Below, piece after piece: positions 48,801-57,114 of a stretch of 64,000 nt of DNA. The translations under genes and the position numbers were made by a program. The notes beneath the pieces were generated by a model. That model had not been told where the DNA came from and ran no database searches. It worked only from the letters and a program-made list of their open reading frames with translations. This stretch comes from Planctomycetota bacterium (lineage in GTDB: Bacteria > Planctomycetota > B15-G4): the NCBI GenBank assembly GCA_029259715.1, contig JAJDEP010000014.1:259551-323550 (forward strand). The letters are read 5' to 3'. The stretch's first letter is position 1; each line of letters opens with the position of its first letter.

Positions 48801-48968
48801 GACGAAGCCCTCGATGAGGATCCCGTGCAGCCCGCCCTCACCGCGGGTGGTGAGTCCGCGCGGGCCGCTCAGGTCATTGAGCAACGAGACGGTCTGGCCG
48901 GAGGCAACGGCTGCCAGCAGGCACAGGGCCGCGAAGGCGCGAAGGGTCGGGAGGGTTGCCGTAAACAC
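45801..48968 (-). CDS. very large secreted surface protein with FG-GAP/integrin-alpha repeats and IPT/TIG-like beta-sandwich domains
   Basis: Signal (V)FTATLPTLRAFAALCLLAAVASGQ. Repeats DxDGDGxDDxxxGAP. Start set at the GTG/TTG near 48968-48974. The upstream part of ORF 45801..50045 is antisense to dprA. Confidence 0.7.
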   Translation of the reverse strand: MFTATLPTLRAFAALCLLAAVASGQTVSLLNDLSGPRGLTTRGEGGLHGILIEGFVQPVTSAVGRSVAILDANQDGYDDLLIGAPLMPTDPLDPALVTNPFPAPDEAGHAYLIFGSAEKGTPGSDAEIDLRNLGPGEGIDFIGPPGSHTGTAVAAVGFINNDAFPDFVIGAPLRSEGGLNLNGGAYLVLGGATIGNGSHQQFLENLRATTAGTFLRGNRSMAMVGSALGGGIDADGDGSDDIILGAPFDSSDGLLQNGSAWIAYGFNSMANVSTRILNGALPGGLTEVRGSDNFQLLGTSVAGIGRFDPVLPGQAGATSLIGDEFAIGAPSASLNGKLLSGAVAVLRGVELPATPAALLTLDDFGDGPDDAGPVFTGGAQGDRAGHFVGPAGDFFEEGGGADIYDDLIITAPLNGDLGRPQRGATYVISGAFDSAAPAGYDLSLAGTPARPLSLEILGQATGEGVLGVFAVPGGDWNSDGIDELLLGTPSSAHLDINFVTFPEAGRLRVLDGGVLSGLHGSTVNLDFPPPGVFQLQFSGEAAGFHAGTTVAAGDLNNDGDPDLATGAPGAASRPSAEPFGSVAWRETGRAHAVYGPIFRLGNVAPTDVFFGGPDVEMEVFNLVEPFTVEVDGLTVEIVDSMSGSTGSITFRVPPPPGAPPFGPLSDLTLTTPLGTQTFDNFIQFVETEITEPPEPDRGLPGQTIAVRGIAFNDVEEFGVRDTEVFIDGVPMTVQSVVFDDPEEGGDGDPDVLTATITVLLEKGPQLNELVDIEVRNSNGSDVLENAFTYKTIMVTGVEPATGPAESGIFDEDQTGPPPFMGEEAIDVEVTIDSSIIPPVDLVFEFGNDEQGFEVVPASLDENVFTFTLPSNLKGPVETLMDLRVTDSTGTDTLVDGFTYAESDFEQRDDYDESLSYAGTGFGPLPPRLRMSGELSPGCDVLVLADRFAPETTAAGLFISLEEFDPPLELRGGSFGPDVTGLHFLIIFPTPAPQFSLPFRVNPDPSGLTGDEVIFMQLYTEEEDAGIIRIGLSNLLVGFVDLSPEKCEPAPPPPGY

Positions 48969-49088
48969 CTGCAAATCAAAGGGCTGCGTGCGGTTTGAGG
49001 GCCCGGATCGTACTGCCCTGCCGGGAGAGCGTCTAGCAGCGGTCGGGGGACCGGGGTAACCCAGCGACCAGGGGCCCGTCGGGGGGCT

Positions 49089-50207
49089 GTGGGACGCACG
49101 ACGGCCACCGTTTCGATCGATGAAGTCTGCCTCCATCTGGCCGGGGCCACCGCCGTGGACGCGCGCCGCCTCGCCGTGGCCTTCGGAGAACCCGAGCGGT
49201 CCTGCGATGCGCCCAAGGGCCCGGGGTGGCGTCGTCAGCCCCTCACGGCCCTGCGTCGGGCCGGTCTCGCCCCTTCCCTCGCGCGCCGCCTCGACGAGCT
49301 TCGAGACGGGCGGGAGGCGGCCGCCGAGCTCGACCGGACGCAGCGAGCCGATGTGCGCCTGGTGCCTCACCGCGACCCCTCCTGGCCCGAGGCACTGGAG
49401 CACCTGCCGCGGCCGCCCGTGCTCCTGGCCGTGCGCGGGAGCTGGCCTCCGCCCGAGCCCGCCCTCGCGGTGGTGGGCGCCCGTGCCGCCACCGCCTACG
49501 GGCGCGCGGCGACCCTGCGGCTCGCGAAGACCGCCTCCCGTGCCGGCCTGGCCATCGTCAGCGGGCTGGCCCGCGGCGTCGACCGCTACGCGCTCGAGTC
49601 CGCCTTCGACGAGGCGGGCCGGCCGGTCGCCGTGCTCGGGTGCGGGCTCGGCATCGTCTACCCGCCCGAGCATCACGCGCTGCAGGCGCGCATCGCTCGG
49701 GAGGGCACGTTGGTGAGCGAGTTCCCGCTGCGGCAGCCGCCGACCCGCTGGGCCTTCCCGAGGCGCAACCGCATCATCGCCGCGCTTGCGCGGGCCGTGC
49801 TCGTCGTGGAAGCCGGTGCCCGTAGCGGCGCCTTGATCACCGCGGCCCACGCGCTCGAACTGGGGCGCGACGTCCTGGCCGTGCCCGGCCCCATCGACGG
49901 TCCGCAATCCGAGGGGACCAACCGGCTCATCGCCGACGGAGCCGCCCCGGTGCTCGACGGTGCCGGGCTGCTCGAATTGCTCGGACACGGGTCGACACCG
50001 ACCGACGAGGGCGCCGCGCCGGCCGGCGCGGCGGGCACGCTGCATCCGCTCATCGCGGCTCTCGAACGCAAGGCCCTGGGTGTCGACGAGTTAGCCACCC
50101 TGTGCGGCCTCGCGGTCCCGCGGGTGCGCGCGGAGTTGGTGGCCCTCGAGTTGGAGGGGCGCGTCACACCGCTGCCGGGCGGTCGCTGGGAGAAACGCCG
50201 TCGTTGA
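49089..50207 (+). CDS. dprA: DNA-processing protein DprA (Smf)
   Basis: Rossmann-like DprA core GxARGxD (GLARGVDRYA), AVLGCGLGIVYPPEH, GALITA. Confidence 0.8.
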   Translation: MGRTTATVSIDEVCLHLAGATAVDARRLAVAFGEPERSCDAPKGPGWRRQPLTALRRAGLAPSLARRLDELRDGREAAAELDRTQRADVRLVPHRDPSWPEALEHLPRPPVLLAVRGSWPPPEPALAVVGARAATAYGRAATLRLAKTASRAGLAIVSGLARGVDRYALESAFDEAGRPVAVLGCGLGIVYPPEHHALQARIAREGTLVSEFPLRQPPTRWAFPRRNRIIAALARAVLVVEAGARSGALITAAHALELGRDVLAVPGPIDGPQSEGTNRLIADGAAPVLDGAGLLELLGHGSTPTDEGAAPAGAAGTLHPLIAALERKALGVDELATLCGLAVPRVRAELVALELEGRVTPLPGGRWEKRRR

Positions 50208-50265
50208 GCGCGGGGTCCCGACGAGCGGGCTCCCGACACCCGACTTCCCGACGATCGCCGACGCC

Positions 50266-50469
50266 TCAGAGGATGTTCGAGAGCCAGCCGGTGCTGACCA
50301 GGGCGAGCAACACCACCCCGCCGAGGAACTTGAACCAGCGCACGACGCCCATGCGCGCCGCCCGCCCCACCGATTCCTCGCGCAGTCCGCTGTAGACGAG
50401 GAAGCAGAACAGGGACAGGACCCCGAACCACATCAGGTGCTCGACGAGTCCGAGGGGACCGACGCCCAT
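50266..50469 (-). CDS. small membrane protein (67 aa, two TM)
   Basis: High GC3. The ATG overlaps the stop of the upstream membrane gene (ATGA). Confidence 0.5.
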   Translation of the reverse strand: MGVGPLGLVEHLMWFGVLSLFCFLVYSGLREESVGRAARMGVVRWFKFLGGVVLLALVSTGWLSNIL

Positions 50470-50858
50470 CAGCTCGTCACCTTCCCGGTCTTTGGCGCCG
50501 GCTCGACACGCCGCACCGTCTCGTAGGCATCCACCATCACGACCAGATTCATGATGCCGGCCACCGTCGAGAACACGACCCCCAGCTCGAGGCGGTCGAT
50601 GGTGTGCCCCGTGGGACGGTTCCCGAGCAACGCGTCGGCGAGGATTGCGGGCAGCCCGGCGCCGATCTGTCCGTACCAATGCAGCGGAAAGCGCTCCTGG
50701 CTCACGCTCGCGCCTTCCCCCAGCAGGACGCCCAGGCCGAACACGACCAGGACCAGGCCACCGAGGTAGAGCGCCTTGGCCCCGCGCCCGAGGATCACAT
50801 GCCCCAGGCCCGGCACCAGCCATGCACAGACCGCCGCGACCAGGGCACGTGCGATCAT
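50469..50858 (-). CDS. small polytopic membrane protein (129 aa)
   Basis: High GC3. 3-4 hydrophobic helices. The upstream part of ORF 50469..51395 is antisense to the thioesterase gene. Confidence 0.5.
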   Translation of the reverse strand: MIARALVAAVCAWLVPGLGHVILGRGAKALYLGGLVLVVFGLGVLLGEGASVSQERFPLHWYGQIGAGLPAILADALLGNRPTGHTIDRLELGVVFSTVAGIMNLVVMVDAYETVRRVEPAPKTGKVTS

Positions 50859-50975
50859 GGGGAGCAGCTCCGGGGCGTGCGCCGGCCGTGGCGCCTTGCG
50901 TACGTCGGGGATTTTGCCGAATCTGGCCTCCCTCTGGCGAGCTTCGCCACGAGCGCCTTCCGGGTGGGCCTGCCC

Positions 50976-51422
50976 ATGTCCGAGTTCCTCGTCTCCATCC
51001 GGCCTCGCTACGGCGAGGTGGACTCCATGGGCTTCGTGTATCACGCCCATCATCTGGTCTACTTCGACATCGGCCGGACCGAGTTCATGCGGGCTCACGG
51101 CGTCGTCTATGCCGATCTCGAGCGCCGCGGCTTCCGGCTGCCGGTCGTGGACGTCTCCCTCGAGTACCGGCGTCCGGCCCACTACGACCAGGAGCTGGAG
51201 GTGGCCGTCTGGCTCGAGGATCTCGGCCGGGCCAGCGTCGTCTTCCGCTATGAGTTGTGGGACGCCGAGGGCGTGGTGCTCGCCTCGGGCAGCACCCGGC
51301 TCGGGTGCATCGCGGCGGACGGCCGCCCCACGGCCCTGCCCGCCGACGCCCACGCCGCTCTGAGCGCCGGCCTCGGCTCGACGGGAAGAGGACACGGCCG
51401 CCGGTCGTCGGAGCGGTCATGA
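50976..51422 (+). CDS. acyl-CoA thioesterase, hotdog fold (YbgC/4HBT family)
   Basis: YGEVDSMGFVYHAHHLVYFDIGRTEFMR. Start at the internal ATG (MSEFLV). Confidence 0.75.
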   Translation: MSEFLVSIRPRYGEVDSMGFVYHAHHLVYFDIGRTEFMRAHGVVYADLERRGFRLPVVDVSLEYRRPAHYDQELEVAVWLEDLGRASVVFRYELWDAEGVVLASGSTRLGCIAADGRPTALPADAHAALSAGLGSTGRGHGRRSSERS

Positions 51423-52396
51423 GGCCTCGCCCCCTGAATCTGCCTCTGCTCCTGGTCGCGCTGGGACTGAGCGCCTGCGCGTCCACGGATGACGGTCCCC
51501 AGCCCATCCCCCTCCCCCGCGACACCGCAGGCACCGGCCTGCTCGAGACTGCCGGCGAGCGGGATCTGGCGAGCCGGGTGGCCGAACGCCTGAAGCGCTC
51601 GGACCGGCTCGGGTCGGGCGAGCTCTTTCTCGAACTCGAGCGGTTGATGCCGAGTTGGCAGATGGAACAGCGGCACGGGCGGGCGCGTCCCATCGAGGTC
51701 CGGTTGACCCAAGAGGTGGTGGCCCACTTCGACCAGGTGACGGCCGCTCTGCACGCCGGCCCCCACGAGCGGCGGGTGGTCGCCGCCTGGGCCCTGGGGT
51801 TCAGCCGCGTCCCCGACAACTCGCTGGGTGTGCAGACGCCCCATCGCCAGGCCGTGCAGGAGCTCGTGAAGGCCGTGGAGACGGCCGACGACGTGGTCAT
51901 GAGCAACATCATGCTGGCCCTCTGGCGCCTGGGTGAGCCCTCCACGCCGTTGCAGCCGCTGCTCGACGTGCTGGCGCAGCACCACGATGCGGCCTCCCGC
52001 GCGAACGCCGCGCTGGCCATCGCGACGACGCTCACCGTGGGCACCGCGCCGCAGGCCGTCCCGACGGTGACCGCGGCCCTCGCGGACAGCGACCCCAAGG
52101 TGCGCTTGCACGCGGCGACCGTGGCGCAGCGCTACGCTCACCCGACCTACACCACCCACCTCGTGTCCGCCCTGCCCCATGAGCCCATGTCGCTGGTGCG
52201 CGCCGCCATGGCCGCGGCCCTCGGGCGCTCGGGCGACCCGGCCCGCGCAGCACCGGCGCTGATCCCCCTGCTCGATTCCAGCGAGCCCATGGAAGTCGCC
52301 CACGCCCACCGCGCCCTGGTCGCGCTGTTCGGCACCGACCGGGGCCGCTTCCCCGATGACTGGCGCGGGCTCGTCCCCGCAGCCGGCCAACGCTGA
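51419..52396 (+). CDS. HEAT/armadillo-repeat lipoprotein
   Basis: Lipoprotein signal MRPRPLNLPLLLVALGLSAC. Repeated helical HEAT-like units (SDPKVRLHAATVAQ...). ATG overlaps the thioesterase stop (ATGA). Confidence 0.6.
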   Translation: MRPRPLNLPLLLVALGLSACASTDDGPQPIPLPRDTAGTGLLETAGERDLASRVAERLKRSDRLGSGELFLELERLMPSWQMEQRHGRARPIEVRLTQEVVAHFDQVTAALHAGPHERRVVAAWALGFSRVPDNSLGVQTPHRQAVQELVKAVETADDVVMSNIMLALWRLGEPSTPLQPLLDVLAQHHDAASRANAALAIATTLTVGTAPQAVPTVTAALADSDPKVRLHAATVAQRYAHPTYTTHLVSALPHEPMSLVRAAMAAALGRSGDPARAAPALIPLLDSSEPMEVAHAHRALVALFGTDRGRFPDDWRGLVPAAGQR

Positions 52397-52469
52397 GCGC
52401 GCTCAAGAGCGCGGCCCCGTCGTGGTCGAGCCGGTGGATACAGGGTCCGGCTCTCCCCCGGAACGGAAC

Positions 52470-52501
52470 GAGCCCCCCGGACCTCGCGGTCCGGGGGGCT
52501 C
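52470..52501. terminator. bidirectional intrinsic-terminator-like hairpin between convergent genes
   Basis: Perfect 14-bp inverted repeat GAGCCCCCCGGACC-tcgc-GGTCCGGGGGGCTC between the HEAT gene (+) stop and the FG-GAP gene (-) stop. Confidence 0.6.
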
Positions 52502-52530
52502 GCCGAGTCAGACCCGAAGGCCTGCTGTGA

Positions 52531-54621
52531 TCAGTCCACGCCGGCGCCCGACGTCCTGATCTGCAGCGCGTTGGACAGCGCCACGCCACCCAGAGCACCA
52601 CCATCTTCGACGGCGGTCTGCAGGTAGACATCGAGGCCGCAAGGGATGCGCTTCGAAACGGTGTAGGGCAGGTGCGCCTCACCCGAACCGTTCGTCAGCA
52701 AGACCACCTGCAACTGCCACGGCACCGGAATCAGGTTGCCACCAAAGGCCGGCGTCGGGTTGTTGGTGAAGCCGACGAAGATCACGGCGATCGCGCTCGA
52801 CGCTGCATTGGTCAGGTCGATCGTGATACCCGTATCCGGCTCCCAGCTGCCCGTGCCACCCAGCAGCGGGGTACCGCCGCCACCCGCCAGGCCGCTGCCC
52901 AGGTTGGTGTAGACGGTGCCGCTCTGGAGGTACGAACGCGTCGGCGAGATGCCGGTGTTGCCCGCGAGGTCGGTGACCTCGATCCAGTACTGGACGGTGC
53001 CGTTCTGCGGAGGAATGGAACCGCGGAACTGCTGGCCCATCTGCGAACGCAAGTCGACGCGCTGCTCACTACCACCGTTGACCTTGTACACGACGTCCGT
53101 GTCGTAGTAGGCGATCTGGTAGTAGTTGTGATTGTCCCGGACCTGAGCGTGGATGATCGTGTTCGTGCTCAGCGGCTTGTCGCACTGATCCGTGAACTGG
53201 TGGATCGTCGGAGCGTGCGTGTCGGGAATACCCAGCGTGTTCTTGCCGAGACGGTTCTGCTGACCGGCATCGTCGGCGCGCAGGATGTCCACGTCGCCAT
53301 CGTTGTCGATGTCGGCGCAGGTTCCGTCGAGGGACTGACCGGAGTTCTGCGAACCGAGCTCGGTGTGCGGGTACAGGCTGCCACCCGACGAGGTGCCGAC
53401 GCGGTGGAAGTCCGGGTTGCCGTTCTGCGCCTGCGAGCCGGCGTAGAGCCAGTTCGTACCCAGGAAGTTCGCCGAGTAGGCATCCAGGTCGCCGTCACCG
53501 TCGAAGTCGAGGAAGTCGATCTCGTTCTCGTCGACGTTCGGGTCACCCTTGATGCGCGAATTCACCTGCGTGAAGGTGAAGCCGCCCGCCGAGGGGCCGT
53601 TGTTCCGCATGATGCGATCGAGGTTGCCGTTGTAGTTCTTGATCCAGACGTCGAAGTCGCCGTCCTGATCGAGATCCGCGTACTCAGCCTCGTAGTTGTT
53701 CGTCGCACCCGACTGCGTGGCGCCCTGGTTGATCAGAGCGGCCTGGGTGATGTCGTTGAACGGGCTGTCGCTGAGCGGGCCGTAGCAGTTGTTGTGGTAG
53801 ACGCGTGCCTGGCTGTCGCGGCTGCTCATGAAGACGTCGAGGTCGTAGTCACCGTCGAAGTCGGCGAGGTCCAGGTCCATGCAGTGAGTCCTGATGTCCG
53901 CGCCGGCGTTGGCCCACGGGAACAGCTCGTCGAACTGACCACTTCCGTTGTTCAGGAAGATGCGGGACGGCTCGCTGCCGTCGATGGTCGGGCCGTAGGA
54001 GCTGTGGAACAGGTCGAGGTCACCATCGTCGTCGAGGTCACCGAAGTCGCAATCGCAGCTCCAGTCCCGCCACGCGCCGTGCCCGTCGTCGGGGTTCACC
54101 TCAGAGGCAGACGAGACTGACAGGAGGTCGCCCCAGCGGTTGTCGGTGTCCTCGGCGAAGAAGCCGATGGTGCCGCCCTGCAGGCCGCCCTGGTTGACGT
54201 AGAAGCGGCTGACTTCGCCGGTTCCTGCCGTGCCGCGGTTGGACACGTAGATGTCGAGGTCGTCGTCGTTGTCGATGTCGACGAACTCGATGTCGCGCGA
54301 GGTGTCGTTGGGGACACCGGCGAAACGAGCGCCTGTCTGATCGAGGAACGAACCCACGGTGCCGCCCTGAAGGCCGCCCTGGTTGATGTAGATGCGGTTT
54401 GCCTGCGCACCGGAATCACCACCGTTGGCGATGATGACATCCATATCACCGTCGTTGTCGGCATCACCGACGTCGAGGTTCTCGGAGTGACCACCTCCGA
54501 ATGTCGAAACGAAACTCGGGAAATTCTGACCAGGCTGCAGGTCCGCGAGCTGTGCGCTCGCATTGGTACCGCAGATCAGAATGCCGAGCCCGACGAACGT
54601 CGTGACTAGATTCAGACGCAT
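52531..54621 (-). CDS. secreted FG-GAP/VCBS-repeat beta-propeller protein (CRTAC1/ASPIC-like)
   Basis: Signal MRLNLVTTFVGLGILICGTNASA. Repeats DADNDGDMDVIIANGG...RIYINQGG and DIDNDDDLDIYVSN...RFYVNQGG. Confidence 0.7.
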   Translation of the reverse strand: MRLNLVTTFVGLGILICGTNASAQLADLQPGQNFPSFVSTFGGGHSENLDVGDADNDGDMDVIIANGGDSGAQANRIYINQGGLQGGTVGSFLDQTGARFAGVPNDTSRDIEFVDIDNDDDLDIYVSNRGTAGTGEVSRFYVNQGGLQGGTIGFFAEDTDNRWGDLLSVSSASEVNPDDGHGAWRDWSCDCDFGDLDDDGDLDLFHSSYGPTIDGSEPSRIFLNNGSGQFDELFPWANAGADIRTHCMDLDLADFDGDYDLDVFMSSRDSQARVYHNNCYGPLSDSPFNDITQAALINQGATQSGATNNYEAEYADLDQDGDFDVWIKNYNGNLDRIMRNNGPSAGGFTFTQVNSRIKGDPNVDENEIDFLDFDGDGDLDAYSANFLGTNWLYAGSQAQNGNPDFHRVGTSSGGSLYPHTELGSQNSGQSLDGTCADIDNDGDVDILRADDAGQQNRLGKNTLGIPDTHAPTIHQFTDQCDKPLSTNTIIHAQVRDNHNYYQIAYYDTDVVYKVNGGSEQRVDLRSQMGQQFRGSIPPQNGTVQYWIEVTDLAGNTGISPTRSYLQSGTVYTNLGSGLAGGGGTPLLGGTGSWEPDTGITIDLTNAASSAIAVIFVGFTNNPTPAFGGNLIPVPWQLQVVLLTNGSGEAHLPYTVSKRIPCGLDVYLQTAVEDGGALGGVALSNALQIRTSGAGVD

Positions 54622-55083
54622 GTCCAGGGACTCCGGGAAGAGAGACAGGTACAGGAGGGCAGAGGAACAGGGAGAACAACCTCCTCGGTCCGTCCGAAGA
54701 CGAAATGAAGCAAAGCCGAGGGGGGATACGGCGATTCCGAAGGGAATCCGGGGAGTACGCCGGTCTACGACCTGCGTCGGATCGGGCCCGATCGGTGCGA
54801 GGAGTCTAACCGAGGTTTCGCGGAGCCCACAATACTCATATTCGCAAGAGCGGCTCAGTTTTATGCGGCCGGCGTCGCATGGAGGTGTTGTGATCGACCT
54901 AACCAGCTGTTCAACAGGAGCTTAAGTCGTGCGGTCGCGTATGACCGGGTCACCCGTTGCAGGCCGGAATCGCGCTGGATCGACGGTTCTGGCACTCCAG
55001 GGCCCTCTCGGGCTCCGATCAGGCCTGTGCCGGCCCCTTCCGGCTGTCTCCGCGTGGCCCGCCCGCAGTCCCCGATGCCGCCC

Positions 55084-55986
55084 TCAGGGGTGATGAGGTG
55101 TTTCGCCGACCCTGCCGTCCGCCTCGGAAGGCCAGAAGAGACGGTGGGCCGCCACCCGCTGTCGCAGGCGCCGGCGCACGACGCGCAGCCATGCCGCTGC
55201 CGATCGTCCTCCGGAGGTGCCGTAGGCCGTGAAGAAGTGACGGGTCCACCACACACCGCTGGAGTCGTCGGCCGTACCCGCGGGCCCCAGGCCGTGCTTG
55301 AGCGCGGAGCGACCCAGCCGCGCCAGCGAGGCCACGCGCTCAGCCTGCGCCAGCGGGCCCGCCAGCGTGCAGCGGTCGAGATCGAGGACCACCAGGTCCT
55401 TCCCGTCCGCCGGCCCTCCGGGCGCCACCAGGAGATTCTTCAGCTGCAGGTCCCGGTGTCGCAGGCCCGCATCGTGCAATCGCCGCACGGTCAGGCCCGC
55501 CGCTCGGGCCAACCGATCCAGGCCTGAACCGGCCGCGCGCGCCTCGGTGGCCACCTCGAGCAGGTCCCGCCCGCCCGGCACCCGGGCCGTGGCCAGCTCG
55601 AGCCGCCAGCCCCCCGGCCCCGCCCGCGTGCACCGCACCGCCACGACGGGCGGCGTCCGACACCCCCCCACCCGCAAGGCCTCGGCCACGGCCGCCTCGC
55701 GCACGGGCCGCCAGCGATCGAAGTAGGTGTGCCGGGCCAGTCCGCCGGCGAGACCGCCGCGCGAGAGTTGTTTGGCGACGATCTCCCCGTTCGCCGTGTC
55801 CATCACGTGGACCGGCCCCCGACCGGCCAGGCGGTGGTGAACAGGGCGCCCCCATTGCTCGAGAGGCAGGCCGGAGAGCATCGCGTCCACCGGCAGGGCG
55901 TCGCGCCAGTCCCGGCGCACCACCACCATCACGCCTTCGCGCTCGACCCACTCATGCGTCGTGGCCAGCGAGGTCGGCATGCCCAT
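55084..55986 (-). CDS. lipopolysaccharide kinase (Kdo/WaaP/InaA) family protein
   Basis: HRDLQLKNLLV catalytic-loop-like motif, DLDR. Start at the internal ATG (MGMPTS). The upstream part of ORF 55084..57108 is antisense to the heptosyltransferase gene. Confidence 0.6.
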   Translation of the reverse strand: MGMPTSLATTHEWVEREGVMVVVRRDWRDALPVDAMLSGLPLEQWGRPVHHRLAGRGPVHVMDTANGEIVAKQLSRGGLAGGLARHTYFDRWRPVREAAVAEALRVGGCRTPPVVAVRCTRAGPGGWRLELATARVPGGRDLLEVATEARAAGSGLDRLARAAGLTVRRLHDAGLRHRDLQLKNLLVAPGGPADGKDLVVLDLDRCTLAGPLAQAERVASLARLGRSALKHGLGPAGTADDSSGVWWTRHFFTAYGTSGGRSAAAWLRVVRRRLRQRVAAHRLFWPSEADGRVGETPHHP

Positions 55987-56079
55987 GGACGACGACCCTA
56001 CTCCCCTCCGACGGGCCGCGGCAAACTCCGGAACAAGCCCCGGGAGCGTCGACGAGCGGCCGTTTGCTAGCCTCTGGTC

Positions 56080-57114
56080 GTGCCCGCCCTCGGCTCTGTG
56101 CTGGTCATCCGGCTCTCGTCGCTGGGCGACGTCTTGTTCGCCGTGCCTGCGGTGCAGGCGCTGCAGCGCAGCGGCTTGGCTGAGCGAGTGACCTGGCTGG
56201 TGGAGGACCGCGCCGCCGGTCTGCTGGCCCTCGCCTCCGGACTCTCCGAAGTGATGGTCTACCCGCGCAGCCGTCCGGCGCTCTGGCTCGCCCACGCTGC
56301 CGCCTTGAGGCGACGCCGGGACGACCTGGTGATCGACCTGCAAGGCAACCTCAAGAGCCGCGCCCAGCTCATGCTCCTGCGGGCGCCCCGCAAGCTGGGG
56401 TTCGACCGGCCCATCGCCCGCGAGGGCAGCCACCGGGCGCTGACCGAACGCTTCGTGCCCACCTACGCGTCGCGCCACCGGGTCGCCTCCCACCGGGCGC
56501 TCATCGGGACCCTGGCGCCCTTGCCGCCGGGCCCCGCACCCCGCCCGGACCTCCACATCGCGCCGGCCGCCGCCGAACGGGCGAGGACCTGGCTCGACGA
56601 CCAGGCCGGCGACGGCCCCCTCATCGTCCTGCACCCGGGCACCAGCGCCTTCGGGGCGCTCAAGCGCTGGGCCCCCGCACAGTTCGGCGCTCTCGGCGAT
56701 CGACTCACGCAGGAACACGACGCTCGCCTGCTGATCACCGCCGGGCCCGCGGAAGCTGAACTCGCGCAACAGGTCCAAGCCAACCTGGCGACCCGCGCGC
56801 TGCGCCCGCCGCCGGGGACCCTGCCGGACCTGGCGGCCCTGCTCGCCGCGGCCGACCTGGTCATCGCGGCCGACTCCTTCCCGCTGCACCTGGCCAATGC
56901 CCTGGGCACCCCCGTGGTCGGCCTCTACGGCCCGAAGTCCCCGAACGTCACCGGGCCCTACTGGGATCGCTCCGAGGTGGTCACGGCGGGCGTCGACTGC
57001 AGCCCCTGCACGCTGCGGCGGTGCTCCGACCGCATCTGCATGGAGCGCCTCGACGTCGAGTCCGTCCAAGGCGCGGCCGCTCGGCTGCTGGCCACTCCGC
57101 GGACGCACTCGTGA
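56080..57114 (+). CDS. glycosyltransferase family 9 (LPS heptosyltransferase-like)
   Basis: VLVIRLSSLGDVLFAVPA, LIVLHPGTS, GPKSP. GTG start; GTG at 56098 is an alternative. Confidence 0.75.
   Translation: MPALGSVLVIRLSSLGDVLFAVPAVQALQRSGLAERVTWLVEDRAAGLLALASGLSEVMVYPRSRPALWLAHAAALRRRRDDLVIDLQGNLKSRAQLMLLRAPRKLGFDRPIAREGSHRALTERFVPTYASRHRVASHRALIGTLAPLPPGPAPRPDLHIAPAAAERARTWLDDQAGDGPLIVLHPGTSAFGALKRWAPAQFGALGDRLTQEHDARLLITAGPAEAELAQQVQANLATRALRPPPGTLPDLAALLAAADLVIAADSFPLHLANALGTPVVGLYGPKSPNVTGPYWDRSEVVTAGVDCSPCTLRRCSDRICMERLDVESVQGAAARLLATPRTHS

Noticed and set aside
48969-50045. N-terminal extension of the giant FG-GAP/IPT ORF (track start 50045)
   Set aside because: The extension is antisense to a well-conserved dprA gene. 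The recognisable signal peptide begins at about 48968.
52672-54120. 482-aa + strand ORF
   Set aside because: Antisense to the CRTAC1-like FG-GAP repeat gene. Val/Asp/Arg-rich mirror of the repeat codons.
55987-57108. Upstream extension of the LPS-kinase ORF
   Set aside because: Antisense to the GT9 heptosyltransferase gene. Low complexity.
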